A stretch of DNA of 64,000 nucleotides from Candidatus Entotheonellaceae bacterium (GCA_965238075.1 OZ250173.1:1632001-1696000); one strand, 5' to 3'. Positions 8,969 through 18,860 are shown, numbered from the stretch's first letter. The notes: generated by a model from the sequence alone, not told the origin. Translations and numbers: made by a program.

Positions 8969-9000
8969 TTTGGATGCTGCCCATTTTAGATGCTGCCCAT
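8969..9000. repeat. 16-bp direct repeat just upstream of bshA
   Basis: TTTGGATGCTGCCCAT followed by TTTAGATGCTGCCCAT. Confidence 0.85.
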
Positions 9001-9005
9001 CCGAT

Positions 9006-10475
9006 TTACAAACCATCGAATTCCGGCCGGTACGCCACGACGCCGCGAATGCCGTGCAGTGCGCCCCGCTTCAACGCCTGAACCATGAAGGCGTCCGGCG
9101 GCCCGGCGTGTTCCCAGTTGATGCCCAAGGGCTTGGCCGGCTTGAAACCGAAGCGCCCATAAAACTGCGGGGCGCCGAGCACGAAGACGATGCCGTACGG
9201 CGTTGTGCCGCAGGCCGCCAGCCCCGCCCGTACGAGCCGCGAGCCGATGCCGCGGCGCTGCCATCCCGGCAACACCGCCATCGGCGCCAGCCCTAGGGCG
9301 CTGAGGGTGCTTGTATCGTCCCGAATGACCACCGGGCTGAAGGCGATATGTCCGACGACCGTGCCGCCCTCGACGGCCACCAATCCAATACGCAACGCGC
9401 CGGCGGCCCGCAGGGCATCGACTAGGTTGGCCTCATCCGGCCGCCCAAACGCCTCGGCGTGCACTCGGCGGATGGCGGCGATATCGCCGCCGGCCTCAGG
9501 CCGAATGCCGCTCATGGGAGCCGTCCCTTCCGCTTGCTGCCTAACACGCAACAGCGCCAGCAGCCCCTCGTCGCGGCGCGCCGCGAGTGCCTGTCCTTGT
9601 TCCGGCGTGTACGTATAGAAACCGCTGCCGCTCTTGACCCCGAGCCGCCCTTCGGCCACCCGTCGATGCAGAACCGACGGCACCTCGGCGGCGCTGTTCA
9701 GGTCCTGAAACAGATAGCCGGCGATGGCGTCGAACACGTCCAGGCCGCCGAGATCGGCGATCTCCAGCGGGCCGAAGAGCGCCCAGCGCAGGCCGATGCC
9801 GTGCTTGATCGCCGCGTCCACGTCGGCAGCCGACGCCACACCGGCTTCGATGAGGTGCAGCGCTTCGCGCATGAGCGCAAATTGCAGCCGGTTGGCGATG
9901 AATCCCGGCACCTCGCGCCGCACGAGCACCGGGCGTTTGCCCAGGCGCCGCGCCAGGGCCGTCAGCACTTCGCAGGTGGCAGCGGACGTTTCTTCTCCTT
10001 TGATGATTTCGACGATGGGAATGATATGGGGCGGATTGGCGTAGTGTAACCCCACAAAACGCCCCGGCTGCGACACCGCTTCGGCGATGCGCGAGATGGA
10101 CAGGCCCGAGGTGTTGGTGGTGAAAAGCGTCGCGCCGCCGCATAACCTGTCGAGCGCCTTGAACAACGCCTGCTTGGCCGGCAAGTCTTCGGCAATGGAT
10201 TCCGACACCAACTGCACGCCGGCCAAGTCGGCCAACACCTCGGTCGGATACAGCCGTGCCAGCGCCACCTCCGCTTGACCTGCCGTCAGCACCCCGTGAC
10301 GGATCAGCAGGCTCTGGTTGTCCCGGATGCGCGACAAGCCGCGCTGCAGCCCCGCCGCCGAGCGGTTGTACCACCGCACCGCGTATCCGGCCTGCGCGAA
10401 TACCTGGGCGATCCCCGCGCCCATGGTACCGGCCCCCACTACGCCCACGTCCGTGATGTCTCCGAGTTCCATCAA
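9006..10475 (-). CDS. 3-hydroxyacyl-CoA dehydrogenase family protein, in frame with a C-terminal GNAT (YhbS-like) acetyltransferase
   Basis: Dehydrogenase motifs VVGAGTMGAGIA, ESIAEDL, TNTSGL, HYANPP, PGFIANRLQ, LGVKSGSGFY. The GNAT part begins at ATG 9515: VGHIAFSPV, LAPMAVLPGWQRRGIGS, VLGAPQFYGRFGF. Confidence 0.85.
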   Translation of the reverse strand: MMELGDITDVGVVGAGTMGAGIAQVFAQAGYAVRWYNRSAAGLQRGLSRIRDNQSLLIRHGVLTAGQAEVALARLYPTEVLADLAGVQLVSESIAEDLPAKQALFKALDRLCGGATLFTTNTSGLSISRIAEAVSQPGRFVGLHYANPPHIIPIVEIIKGEETSAATCEVLTALARRLGKRPVLVRREVPGFIANRLQFALMREALHLIEAGVASAADVDAAIKHGIGLRWALFGPLEIADLGGLDVFDAIAGYLFQDLNSAAEVPSVLHRRVAEGRLGVKSGSGFYTYTPEQGQALAARRDEGLLALLRVRQQAEGTAPMSGIRPEAGGDIAAIRRVHAEAFGRPDEANLVDALRAAGALRIGLVAVEGGTVVGHIAFSPVVIRDDTSTLSALGLAPMAVLPGWQRRGIGSRLVRAGLAACGTTPYGIVFVLGAPQFYGRFGFKPAKPLGINWEHAGPPDAFMVQALKRGALHGIRGVVAYRPEFDGL

Positions 10476-10601
10476 TCCTCTCCCCTTGCGGCGCCGTGAC
10501 GCCCGTCGCCAGACAACGACCTTGCCCCTGTGCTGTGAATCCCATCATAATACGTCACCTTACGAATCCCGGCGCCCGGCGCCGAAACAAGGAGGCACGA
10601 C

Positions 10602-11810
10602 ATGTACGATCTGTTGCTGACAGGAGGCACGGTTGTCGACCCGTCCGTCGGGTTGAGCGGGCGGCACGACATCGCCGTTCAGGACGGCAAGATTGCCCAC
10701 ATTGCACCCCTCATCGCGGGCGACGAGGCGACGCGGGTTATCGACGTGTCCGGCCGGACGGTCACGCCGGGCCTCATCGACCTGCACGCCCACGTCTTCG
10801 ACGGCGTCATCAGCAACGGCGTGCATCCCGACCTTGGCGGGGTGCATTCGGGCGTCACCACGGTGGTCGATGCCGGCAGCGCCGGGTGCGCCACCTTCAG
10901 CGCCTTTCCCCGCTACATCATGCCGCAGTGCCATACCGAGATCATTCCCTTCCTGCACATCTGCCAGACCGGCTTGGCCACCATGCCCGACATCATGGCG
11001 GAAAGCAGCATCGACCTCGACGGCACGCTGCAGACGGTGGACCAAAATCGCGGGCTGATCCACGGCATCAAGGCCCGCATGGTGTCGCCGGCGCTGGAGA
11101 TCTTCGGCATGGAGATGCCCCGCTTGGCGCGTCGCGCGGCGCGCGAAAGCGGCACCCGGCTGATGGTCCACATCGGCGATACCGAGAAGCGCTATGACCC
11201 CAACGTCATCCGCGAGCTGCTGCCGCTGCTGGACGACGGCGACATCCTCACCCACTACTTCACCGCCAACCCCGGCGGCGTGCTCGACGCCAACGGCAAG
11301 CTGGTGCCCGAGGCGCGCGAGGCGGCCAATCGCGGCGTCTGGCTCGACACCGCCCACGGGCGCATGAATTTCAGCTTCGACGTGGGCCGCCGCATTATCG
11401 ACCAGGGCCTGCTGCCGCATTGCATCAGCACCGACCTCACGGTGCCGGGGCGCCGCATCACCGTCCACAGCATGACGGAGATGATGAGCCGCTTTCTCGC
11501 CCTCGGCTTCACCCTGGAGCAAGTTGTGACCATGTGCACCGAGAACCCGGCCAAGGCCATCGGCGCCGAACACCGTCTGGGCAGCCTAGGCGTGGGGCGC
11601 CAGGCCGATATTTCCGTGCTGGATATCCGGGAGGGCGAGTGGGTGGTGTACGACGTGCTGGGCGCCAGCCTGCCGGTGCAGCGGGCCTTCGTGCCGGTGC
11701 TGACGGTCAAACGGGGGCAGGTCTTCGAGCCGGACTGGGGGCCGCGGCCCTGGGGCTGGGAGCCGGACCGGGCGCCGCTGGCGGGCGCAACCTTCAATGG
11801 CTGCTGCTGA
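10602..11810 (+). CDS. Amidohydrolase/deacetylase-family metallohydrolase (dihydroorotase-like)
   Basis: PGLIDLHAH, GVTTVVDAGSAG, GIKAR, LMVHIG, GDILTH, DTAHG, ISTDL. Confidence 0.9.
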   Translation: MYDLLLTGGTVVDPSVGLSGRHDIAVQDGKIAHIAPLIAGDEATRVIDVSGRTVTPGLIDLHAHVFDGVISNGVHPDLGGVHSGVTTVVDAGSAGCATFSAFPRYIMPQCHTEIIPFLHICQTGLATMPDIMAESSIDLDGTLQTVDQNRGLIHGIKARMVSPALEIFGMEMPRLARRAARESGTRLMVHIGDTEKRYDPNVIRELLPLLDDGDILTHYFTANPGGVLDANGKLVPEAREAANRGVWLDTAHGRMNFSFDVGRRIIDQGLLPHCISTDLTVPGRRITVHSMTEMMSRFLALGFTLEQVVTMCTENPAKAIGAEHRLGSLGVGRQADISVLDIREGEWVVYDVLGASLPVQRAFVPVLTVKRGQVFEPDWGPRPWGWEPDRAPLAGATFNGCC

Positions 11811-11816
11811 GCGCTT

Positions 11817-12521
11817 ATGAACAACTCCGTGCAACTGATCCCGATCGCCCAGCTAGCGCTCGTTTTTCTGCCGGTGGCAGTCGTGGTGGTGCTGCTGTAT
11901 CGCTGGTCGCTGGGCGTCGGCACAACGCTGTACGCCATGGCGCGCATGCTGGTGCAATTGCTGCTGGTCGGCTACGTCCTGACGTACATCTTCGAGACCC
12001 GGCACGCCGGCCTCGTCATCCTGGTGCTGGCCGTCATGCTGATCGCCGCCAGCTGGATCGCCCTGCGCCCCCTGCCGGGGGACCGGCGTCGGCGCTATGC
12101 CAGGGCGCTGGGCTCCATGGCGCTCGGCGGCGGGCTGACGCTGGCTCTGGTCAGCCAGGGCGTCCTGGCGCTCAATCCCTGGTTCGAGCCTCGCTACATG
12201 GTGCCCCTCGGCGGTATGATCTTCTCCAACGCCATGAACACCGTAAGTCTGGCGGCGGAGCGTTTCGAGGCGGAAACCGCCAATCAAGTGCCGTACGAGC
12301 AGGCGCGTAATACCGCCCTGCAGACGGCGCTCATCCCGCTGATCAACTCGCTCTTCGCCGTCGGCTTGGTGGCCCTGCCGGGCATGATGACCGGCCAGAT
12401 CCTGTCGGGCGTGTCGCCGCTGATCGCGGTACGCTACCAGATCATGGTGATGTGCATGACGTTCGGCTCGGCGGGCATTTCAGCGGTGTGCTACCTGATG
12501 CTTGTGAAGCCGCGTGGGTGA
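11817..12521 (+). CDS. fetB: FetB/YbbM (UPF0014) ABC permease
   Basis: RMLVQLLLVGYVL, PRYMVPLGGMIFSNAMN, VGLVALPGMMTGQILSGVSPLIAVRYQIMVM. Confidence 0.85.
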   Translation: MNNSVQLIPIAQLALVFLPVAVVVVLLYRWSLGVGTTLYAMARMLVQLLLVGYVLTYIFETRHAGLVILVLAVMLIAASWIALRPLPGDRRRRYARALGSMALGGGLTLALVSQGVLALNPWFEPRYMVPLGGMIFSNAMNTVSLAAERFEAETANQVPYEQARNTALQTALIPLINSLFAVGLVALPGMMTGQILSGVSPLIAVRYQIMVMCMTFGSAGISAVCYLMLVKPRG

Positions 12522-12689
12522 CCATGTAGGATGATCAATTGGGCAGCTACGCAGGTGACCTGCTAGAGTCTGGCTCAAATTAAGTTGAGCGATTGCAGTG
12601 ACTTGTAATTCACTGAACGGCTGGGTCCGCAACCGGCAAACCGCAAAAAAAATTCGAGCCGAAGGCCGTCACCTCTCAAGACATCCGCG

Positions 12690-13461
12690 ATGCTTCTATA
12701 CAAGTACACCTCACTCGCTGCCGCCCGGCAGATTCTCACTTCCGAGCGAATTGGATTCTCACGACCCACCTTCTTTAATGATCCTTTCGATAAGCCGGTT
12801 GCGATGCCGTATCCGACTGAAGATCCGATCAGCGGCATGTTCGCCAACCTTCGCGCACAGATCAAAAGTCAGATATGGGTGCAAGAAACAGGCATTCTGT
12901 CACTAACACGCTCGGCGACCAATGCGTTGATGTGGGCACATTATGCAGACGGTCACCGCGGTGCCGTGCTCGAGATCAACGCCGACACCGCGGGCTTCAT
13001 GGATGAGAAGAGAAACATGATCCCTGCTCAATTCGGCAGCGTCATCTATTCTCGTGGTCGGCCGATTGGCCCGTACTTCTCTACCTTCACGGAAGGTATC
13101 GTCGTCGGTGCAACCCATCGTTTTGTCCTCAGCCACTATGAAAAGTGGCAACGATTTATTTCTGACTAAGCCACTGGAACGGGCCTATGAAGAGGAAGTA
13201 AGGGTTGCCAAATGCTTGAATGGACTTGATTCCGCCGGGAGTTCGTCTAACGAGAGTGGAAATTGCACAATCATCGAGATCCACGAAAGACCGTTACACT
13301 GCTTTGAATTCCCCAAGAGTGCTATCGGCAGAGTATATGTTGGAGCACGGGCAGACGAGACTACTGTCGCAGAGTTGGTGGCGAAGTGCCCGCATATTCC
13401 GATGCACCGCGCAGTGCTTAGGGAAACAAGCTTCGATATCGACTTCGAACCTCTACCCTAA
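12690..13461 (+). pseudogene. DUF2971-like protein, frameshifted
   Basis: LYKY, FNDPFD, ILSLT...NALMWAHYADGHRG, then LFLTKPLERAYEEEVR in another frame. The shift is at about 13155 (T run). GC is lower than the flanks. Confidence 0.75.
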
Positions 13462-13569
13462 ATTACGGAGGGATTGCCCACTGCGACACTACTGACTTGA
13501 GAGTTTGGCTGCAGCAGACATTGATGGGTCAAACGGCCTCTGAAAATCTGACAGGTCGTTAAGAAACCG

Positions 13570-15327
13570 CTAAGCGGCAGCTTCCAAGAACAACAACGGC
13601 TCTCCCGCATTGACGACCCTCCCCTCGTCCACGGCGACACGACGCACGACGCCGTCCACCTCGGCGTGAACCTCGTGCTCCATCTTCATGGATTCCACCA
13701 CGACCAGCAGTTGTCCGGTCCGTACCGTGCCGCCCTCGCGCACCTCGACGCTGACGATGGTGCCTTGCAGGGGCGACGCGACGGGAACGGTGTCGTGCGG
13801 CTTGTCGATCTGGCGCGGCGGCGGTGCAGCGGGTTCCGGCTCGGGGGGGTCGGCTGGCGGTGGAGGGAGTTCGCTTGCGGCGGCGGTCTCGGGCGGTGCG
13901 CTCGGGGGCTCGGAAACAGTCGGGGCATGCTCATCCGGGACGACGAGCTCGGCAAGGTGATCGTCGATGAAGCGGGTGTGGAAAGCGGCGTTCCGGAACG
14001 CCGGGTGCCGCAGCAGGCGCTGCAGAAAGGAGATGTTCACCGCCACGCCGGCGACGCGGAATTCCGCCAGGGCGCGTTGCAGGCGGCTGACGGCGTATTC
14101 GAAGCGGCCCGAGGCGTGGCTGACGATGAGCTTCGCCAATAAGGCGTCGAAGCGCCCGCTGGGCGTGTAGCCGGCGTAGCCGAACGTATCGACCCGAATG
14201 CCCGGCCCGCAGGTGGGGACAAAGGCGCTCAGGGTGCCGCCGGACGGCCGCGTGGTGCCGTCCGCCTGCATCGTCTCCATGTTGATGCGCGCCTGGATGG
14301 CGACGCCGCGCGGCGCCGGCACGCCGACCTGCAGCAGCCCCAGGTCGGCGAGGCTGCGGCCGCCCGCCAGCTCAAGCTGGATGGCCACCAGATCGACCCC
14401 ATACACCTCCTCGGTCACCGTGTGCTCCGCCTGCAAACGCGGATTCGCCTCAATGAAGGCGAACGGCGATTCGGCGCTCAGCGCGCTGGCATCGACCAGA
14501 AACTCGAAGGTGCCGATGTTGTCATAGCGCACCGACGCGGCCAGGGTGGTGGCCGCGGTTACGAGACGCTGGCGCAGGCCGTCGGGCAAGCCGGGCGCTG
14601 GGGCGATTTCGACGAGCTTCTGATGGCGGCGCTGGATGCTGCAATCGCGCTCGCCCAAGTGGCTGACGGCCCCCGAGCCGTCGCCGACGATCTGCACCTC
14701 GATATGCCGGGCGCGCGGCAGGAGTTGTTCGACATACACGTCGCCGTTGCCGAACGCCGCCCGCGCCTCGGATTGACAGCGCGCGTAGGCGTCCTCCAGT
14801 TCCTCGCGGCGCCGCACCACGCGCATGCCGCGCCCGCCGCCACCGCCGATGGCCTTGATGAGCATGGCGCCGGTGGCAGGCAGAGCGTCGAAGAAATCGA
14901 CGGCCTCGGAAAGGCTGGTGGGTTCGGAGGTACCGGACAGGATGGGCACGCCGAGCCGTTCGGCCGTGGCACGGGCGTGGGCTTTGTTGCCGAACAACGC
15001 CAGCACTTCGGGGCGCGGCCCGACAAAGGTGAGGTTGGCTCCGGCGCAGCGGCGGGCGAACTCGGCGTTCTCGCTCAGAAAGCCGTAGCCGGGATGGATG
15101 GCGTCGCAGCCGGTATCCTTGGCCACCCGCAGGATGGCGTCGATGTCCAGATAGGCGGCGGCCCCGGCCCTCGCCAGGGGGCGCGACTCGTCCGCCAGGC
15201 GCCGGTGCAGTGATTCGACGTCGTCCTGCGAAAATACCGCCACCGTGCGCATGCCGAGTTCCGCGGCAGCGCGCAGGATGCGGACGGCAATCTCGCCGCG
15301 GTTGGCAATTAGCAGCTTGGCGGGCAT
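13570..15327 (-). CDS. Acyl-CoA carboxylase: biotin carboxylase plus biotin carrier, no carboxyltransferase domain
   Basis: LLIANRGEIA, IHPGYGFLSENA, GGGGRGMR, ERDCSIQRRHQK, EANPRLQ, and the biotin motif ESMKME. Confidence 0.9.
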   Translation of the reverse strand: MPAKLLIANRGEIAVRILRAAAELGMRTVAVFSQDDVESLHRRLADESRPLARAGAAAYLDIDAILRVAKDTGCDAIHPGYGFLSENAEFARRCAGANLTFVGPRPEVLALFGNKAHARATAERLGVPILSGTSEPTSLSEAVDFFDALPATGAMLIKAIGGGGGRGMRVVRRREELEDAYARCQSEARAAFGNGDVYVEQLLPRARHIEVQIVGDGSGAVSHLGERDCSIQRRHQKLVEIAPAPGLPDGLRQRLVTAATTLAASVRYDNIGTFEFLVDASALSAESPFAFIEANPRLQAEHTVTEEVYGVDLVAIQLELAGGRSLADLGLLQVGVPAPRGVAIQARINMETMQADGTTRPSGGTLSAFVPTCGPGIRVDTFGYAGYTPSGRFDALLAKLIVSHASGRFEYAVSRLQRALAEFRVAGVAVNISFLQRLLRHPAFRNAAFHTRFIDDHLAELVVPDEHAPTVSEPPSAPPETAAASELPPPPADPPEPEPAAPPPRQIDKPHDTVPVASPLQGTIVSVEVREGGTVRTGQLLVVVESMKMEHEVHAEVDGVVRRVAVDEGRVVNAGEPLLFLEAAA

Positions 15328-15362
15328 CGTGAGCTTCGGGGATTAGGGGTTAGCGGGGCGCC

Positions 15363-16397
15363 TTAAGCGGCTTTTTCCATGTGCTCGGCGTACTTGCCGT
15401 AACGCGCCGCGCCGTTGCATCGGGCGCGCTGCTGGAAGAACTTCTGGGCGGCGGGCACGTTGGCCGCCTGCCCCTGCCAGGCCTCCAGAACCGGCCCTTG
15501 CAGCGCCCGTCCGTAGGAAAAGCTGAGCTCCCAGGGCTGGCCGCCGCGCGCGTTCATGGCGTTGAGGTGCTCGGTGGCCCGAACGGCGCTCTGGCCGCCG
15601 GAGAGGAACACGATGCCCGGCACGGCCGCCGGGATGGTCTGCCGGAAGCAGGCCAGCGTCGCCGTCGCCACCTCATCCACGCCGGCCTGTTGCGGGCAGT
15701 CCTTGCCCGACAGCACCATGTTGGGCTTCAGCAGGATGCCCTCCAGCCGCACGCGGTGCTCGTGCAACTCGTTGAACACCCGCCGCAGGGTCGCCAGGGT
15801 AACCGCGGCGCAGCGTTCGATGGTGTGATCGCCGTCCATCAGCACCTCGGGTTCGACGATCGGCAGCAGGCCGGCCTGCTGCGACAGCGCCGCGTAGCGC
15901 GCCAGGGCGTGCGCGTTGGCCGCGACGTCGTAGGGCGTCGGACAGCCGGGGCCGATGGTGATCACCGCCCGCCACTTGGCGAACCGGGCGCCGATCTCGC
16001 GGTACTCGTCCAGCCGCTTGGCGAGGCCGTCGAGGCCTTCGGTGATCTTCTCGCCCGGAAAGCCCGCCAAGTCCGAGGTGCCGGTATCCACCTTGATGCC
16101 CGGCATGATGCCGCGCCCGGCCAGCAGCGCCGGAAAGGGGGTGCCGTCGCTGCTTTCCTGCCGAATCGTCTCGTCGTACAGGATGACGCCGCTGATGTAC
16201 GCCTCTACCTCCGGCGTGGTGAACAGCAGCTCGCGATAGGCGCGCCGGTTGTCCGCCGTCGAGGCGACGTTGATGGTGTCGAGTCGCCGCGTGATCGTTC
16301 CGGTGCTCTCGTCGGCGGCCAGAATGCCTTTGCCCTCGGCGACCAGGGCGCGGGCCACGGCGGCGAGTTCGCCTCTTGCTAGCAAGCTTTGAGTCAT
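15363..16397 (-). CDS. Fructose-bisphosphate aldolase class I
   Basis: GKGILAADES, GIKVD, AKWRAV, PIVEPEVL, LLKPNMV, FLSGGQS, SFSYGRALQ. Confidence 0.95.
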   Translation of the reverse strand: MTQSLLARGELAAVARALVAEGKGILAADESTGTITRRLDTINVASTADNRRAYRELLFTTPEVEAYISGVILYDETIRQESSDGTPFPALLAGRGIMPGIKVDTGTSDLAGFPGEKITEGLDGLAKRLDEYREIGARFAKWRAVITIGPGCPTPYDVAANAHALARYAALSQQAGLLPIVEPEVLMDGDHTIERCAAVTLATLRRVFNELHEHRVRLEGILLKPNMVLSGKDCPQQAGVDEVATATLACFRQTIPAAVPGIVFLSGGQSAVRATEHLNAMNARGGQPWELSFSYGRALQGPVLEAWQGQAANVPAAQKFFQQRARCNGAARYGKYAEHMEKAA

Positions 16398-16615
16398 GGG
16401 GGATCCTTCCTCGATGCGTATCGCGTTCTGTGGTTTGTCTCAGCGGCGCGCTGGGTGTGTTCGGACGGGTTGGGCATTGTGCGCATTTTCCCCTGCAAAG
16501 GCAAGATTCCGCATCGTCCACAGGGCGCCGTCATTGGGCATGCGGGCGGATTTTCTGCTAGACTTGGCGCTTCCGAAGCGACAGAAACGACAATGGACAT
16601 ACGCAAGGAGTCGTC

Positions 16616-17629
16616 ATGGATCGCAAGGGCATGACGCTATCTCAAGACCTGAAAGAATCCCGCTTGGGCAGAGACGGCGACCTGGCCGGCCTGCTCACCA
16701 CACTGGCCTCGGCTGCGCAACGCATTTCCCACGAGGTCAACCGCGCCGGGCTGATCGACATTCTCGGTTTCACCGGCGAGCATAACGTGCAGGGCGAGGC
16801 AGTGCGCAAGCTCGACGTGCTGGCGCACGACATGCTGATCGACGCCCTGCGGCCCAGCGGTCACGTCTGCGCCCTGGCCTCCGAGGAGGCCGAGCACCCT
16901 CTGTTCCTGGCACCGAACGAACCGCGCGGACCGTACGTGGTACTTTTCGACCCCCTGGACGGCTCCTCCAACATCGACGCGGGAATCACCATCGGCACCA
17001 TCTTCTCCATCTACCGCGCCCGGAGCGCTGATGCCACCCTGTCGGACCTACTGCAAACCGGCAGCCGTCAAGTGGCCGCCGGCTATGCGCTGTACGGCTC
17101 CAGCACGCTGTTCGTGTACACCGCCGGCGCCGGGGTGCACAGCTATACGCTCGATGCCGGTGTCGGCGAATTCCGCCTGACGCACGAAAACCTGCGCATG
17201 CCCGAGCGCGGCACGATCTACAGCGCCAACGAGGCCAATTACCCGCGCTGGTGCACCGGCGTGCAGCGCTATATCGATGCCCTCAAGGACCCCGACGGAC
17301 CATCCACCTACAGCGCCCGCTACGTCGGCTCGCTGGTGGCGGATTTTCACCGCACGCTGCTGTATGGCGGGCTGTTTCTGTACCCTGCAGACCCCCGCGA
17401 CGCGCCCAACGGCAAGCTGCGACTGCTCTACGAAGCGGCCCCGCTGGCCCGCATCGCCGAGGCGGCGGGCGGACGCGCCAGCACCGGCAGCGAGGACGTG
17501 CTGGCAGTGCAACCGACCGCCCTGCACCAGCGCGTACCACTGTTCATCGGTAGCACCGAGGACGTCAGCGCAGTGGAAGCCTCCATCCGCCAGTGCGCCG
17601 AGCCGAAGCCGGTAGCGTTAGGACGATAA
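16616..17629 (+). CDS. fbp: Fructose-1,6-bisphosphatase class 1
   Basis: NVQGEAVRKLDV, ASEE, FDPLDGSSNID, RYVGSLVADFHRTLLYGG, GKLRLLYEAAP. Confidence 0.95.
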   Translation: MDRKGMTLSQDLKESRLGRDGDLAGLLTTLASAAQRISHEVNRAGLIDILGFTGEHNVQGEAVRKLDVLAHDMLIDALRPSGHVCALASEEAEHPLFLAPNEPRGPYVVLFDPLDGSSNIDAGITIGTIFSIYRARSADATLSDLLQTGSRQVAAGYALYGSSTLFVYTAGAGVHSYTLDAGVGEFRLTHENLRMPERGTIYSANEANYPRWCTGVQRYIDALKDPDGPSTYSARYVGSLVADFHRTLLYGGLFLYPADPRDAPNGKLRLLYEAAPLARIAEAAGGRASTGSEDVLAVQPTALHQRVPLFIGSTEDVSAVEASIRQCAEPKPVALGR

Positions 17630-17653
17630 CCCCGACGAGGAGAGACGGAACGC

Positions 17654-18094
17654 ATGTTGACGTTCGACACCAGCTGGATCGGCAAGGAATTCGACCGCTA
17701 TGCCTTCGAGGTCACGCAGGAAGACATCGCCGAGTTCGCCGCCTCGGTGGGCGAGACGAACCCAGTGCATTGCGATGCAGCCTACGCCAAGACAACGCCG
17801 TATGGCGGCATCGTGGCGCCCGCGACGTTTTGCATCGTGTTTCGCAGCAACGCGGCGCTGCCCGATCTCAAGCTCAGCTACGGCGCACGCGCCTTTGACG
17901 GCGGCAAGGAATGCGTTTTCCACGCCCCGATTCGCCCGGGCGACATCATCACCGGCGTGGACCGCATCGCCGAGGTGTACGAGAAGACCGGGCGCAGCGG
18001 CAACATGATCTTCGTCGTACGCGAGAGCGAGTTGACCAATCAACACGGCGAGAAGGCGGCCGTGCTGCGCCAGATCCTGATCCAGCGCGACTGA
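17654..18094 (+). CDS. MaoC-like (hotdog) dehydratase, N-terminal type
   Basis: IAEFAASVGETNPVH.D..YA, GIVAPATF, PIRPGD, KTGRSGNM. Confidence 0.85.
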   Translation: MLTFDTSWIGKEFDRYAFEVTQEDIAEFAASVGETNPVHCDAAYAKTTPYGGIVAPATFCIVFRSNAALPDLKLSYGARAFDGGKECVFHAPIRPGDIITGVDRIAEVYEKTGRSGNMIFVVRESELTNQHGEKAAVLRQILIQRD

Positions 18095-18114
18095 GCCGGG
18101 GAGGACTTTCAAAG

Positions 18115-18561
18115 GTGGGTGAGCGCATTCATTTTTATGAAGATATTGAAGTGGGCGATGAGATCGAGGAACTGGAAATCTGCCCGACCACGGCGGACGT
18201 GGTGCGCTACGCCGAGGTGGCGCGCATGCAGAGCGGGCGGTTCACCGACGACGCTTACGCCCGCAACGAGGGGCTGCCGGGCGCCATCATTCCGGGCAAC
18301 ATGAGCCTGGGCTTTTTGTCCCGCATGGTGACCGAATTCTTCCCCAGCGGAGCGCTGCGCAACCTGACGGCGAACTTTCGCGCTACCGTGCCCCACAACA
18401 CACCGCTGATCTGCAGCGGGGTCGTCACCGAGAAACAGGAAGAGCAGAGCCGGCACCTGGTGTTTTGCGACATCCTGATGAGCAACGAGGCGGGCGACCG
18501 CTACGTGCAGGGCACGGCGCAGGTGGCGCTGCCGACGCGCCAATCCGGCGGCGGCTGCTAA
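18115..18561 (+). CDS. MaoC-like dehydratase partner subunit
   Basis: FYEDIEVGDEI, DDAYARNEGLPGAIIPG; paired with the preceding hotdog gene. Confidence 0.8.
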   Translation: MGERIHFYEDIEVGDEIEELEICPTTADVVRYAEVARMQSGRFTDDAYARNEGLPGAIIPGNMSLGFLSRMVTEFFPSGALRNLTANFRATVPHNTPLICSGVVTEKQEEQSRHLVFCDILMSNEAGDRYVQGTAQVALPTRQSGGGC

Positions 18562-18575
18562 GGACGCGTGATTCC

Positions 18576-18860
18576 ATGATGCGGATACCGTGGCTCGCCT
18601 GGAGCTTCATTCCCGGCTTGAACTGGGCGGCCTGGCTGCACGCCGCCATTTTGACGCGGGTGCCGATGTACGGTGCCCTCGCCGTGGCCTACGCGGTGCC
18701 CTACGTGTTCATGCTCTGGACCCGCGCGCTGTCGTGGCGCATCCTCCTGCTCACCTGGGGGCTGGGCATCCTGCATACGCAACTGCTGAAGAGAGAGATC
18801 AACCAGCGTCTGGCGGCTTTGTCGGGCGCTTCCAACAGTGAGACCGATCATGCGCATTAG
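18576..18860 (+). CDS. Small membrane protein
   Basis: Hydrophobic ORF within the operon; host-like codon usage. Confidence 0.6.
   Translation: MMRIPWLAWSFIPGLNWAAWLHAAILTRVPMYGALAVAYAVPYVFMLWTRALSWRILLLTWGLGILHTQLLKREINQRLAALSGASNSETDHAH

Noticed and set aside
15363-17629. Aldolase plus FBPase as a Calvin-cycle cluster
   Set aside because: No RuBisCO, phosphoribulokinase or transketolase in the window; gluconeogenesis explains the pair.
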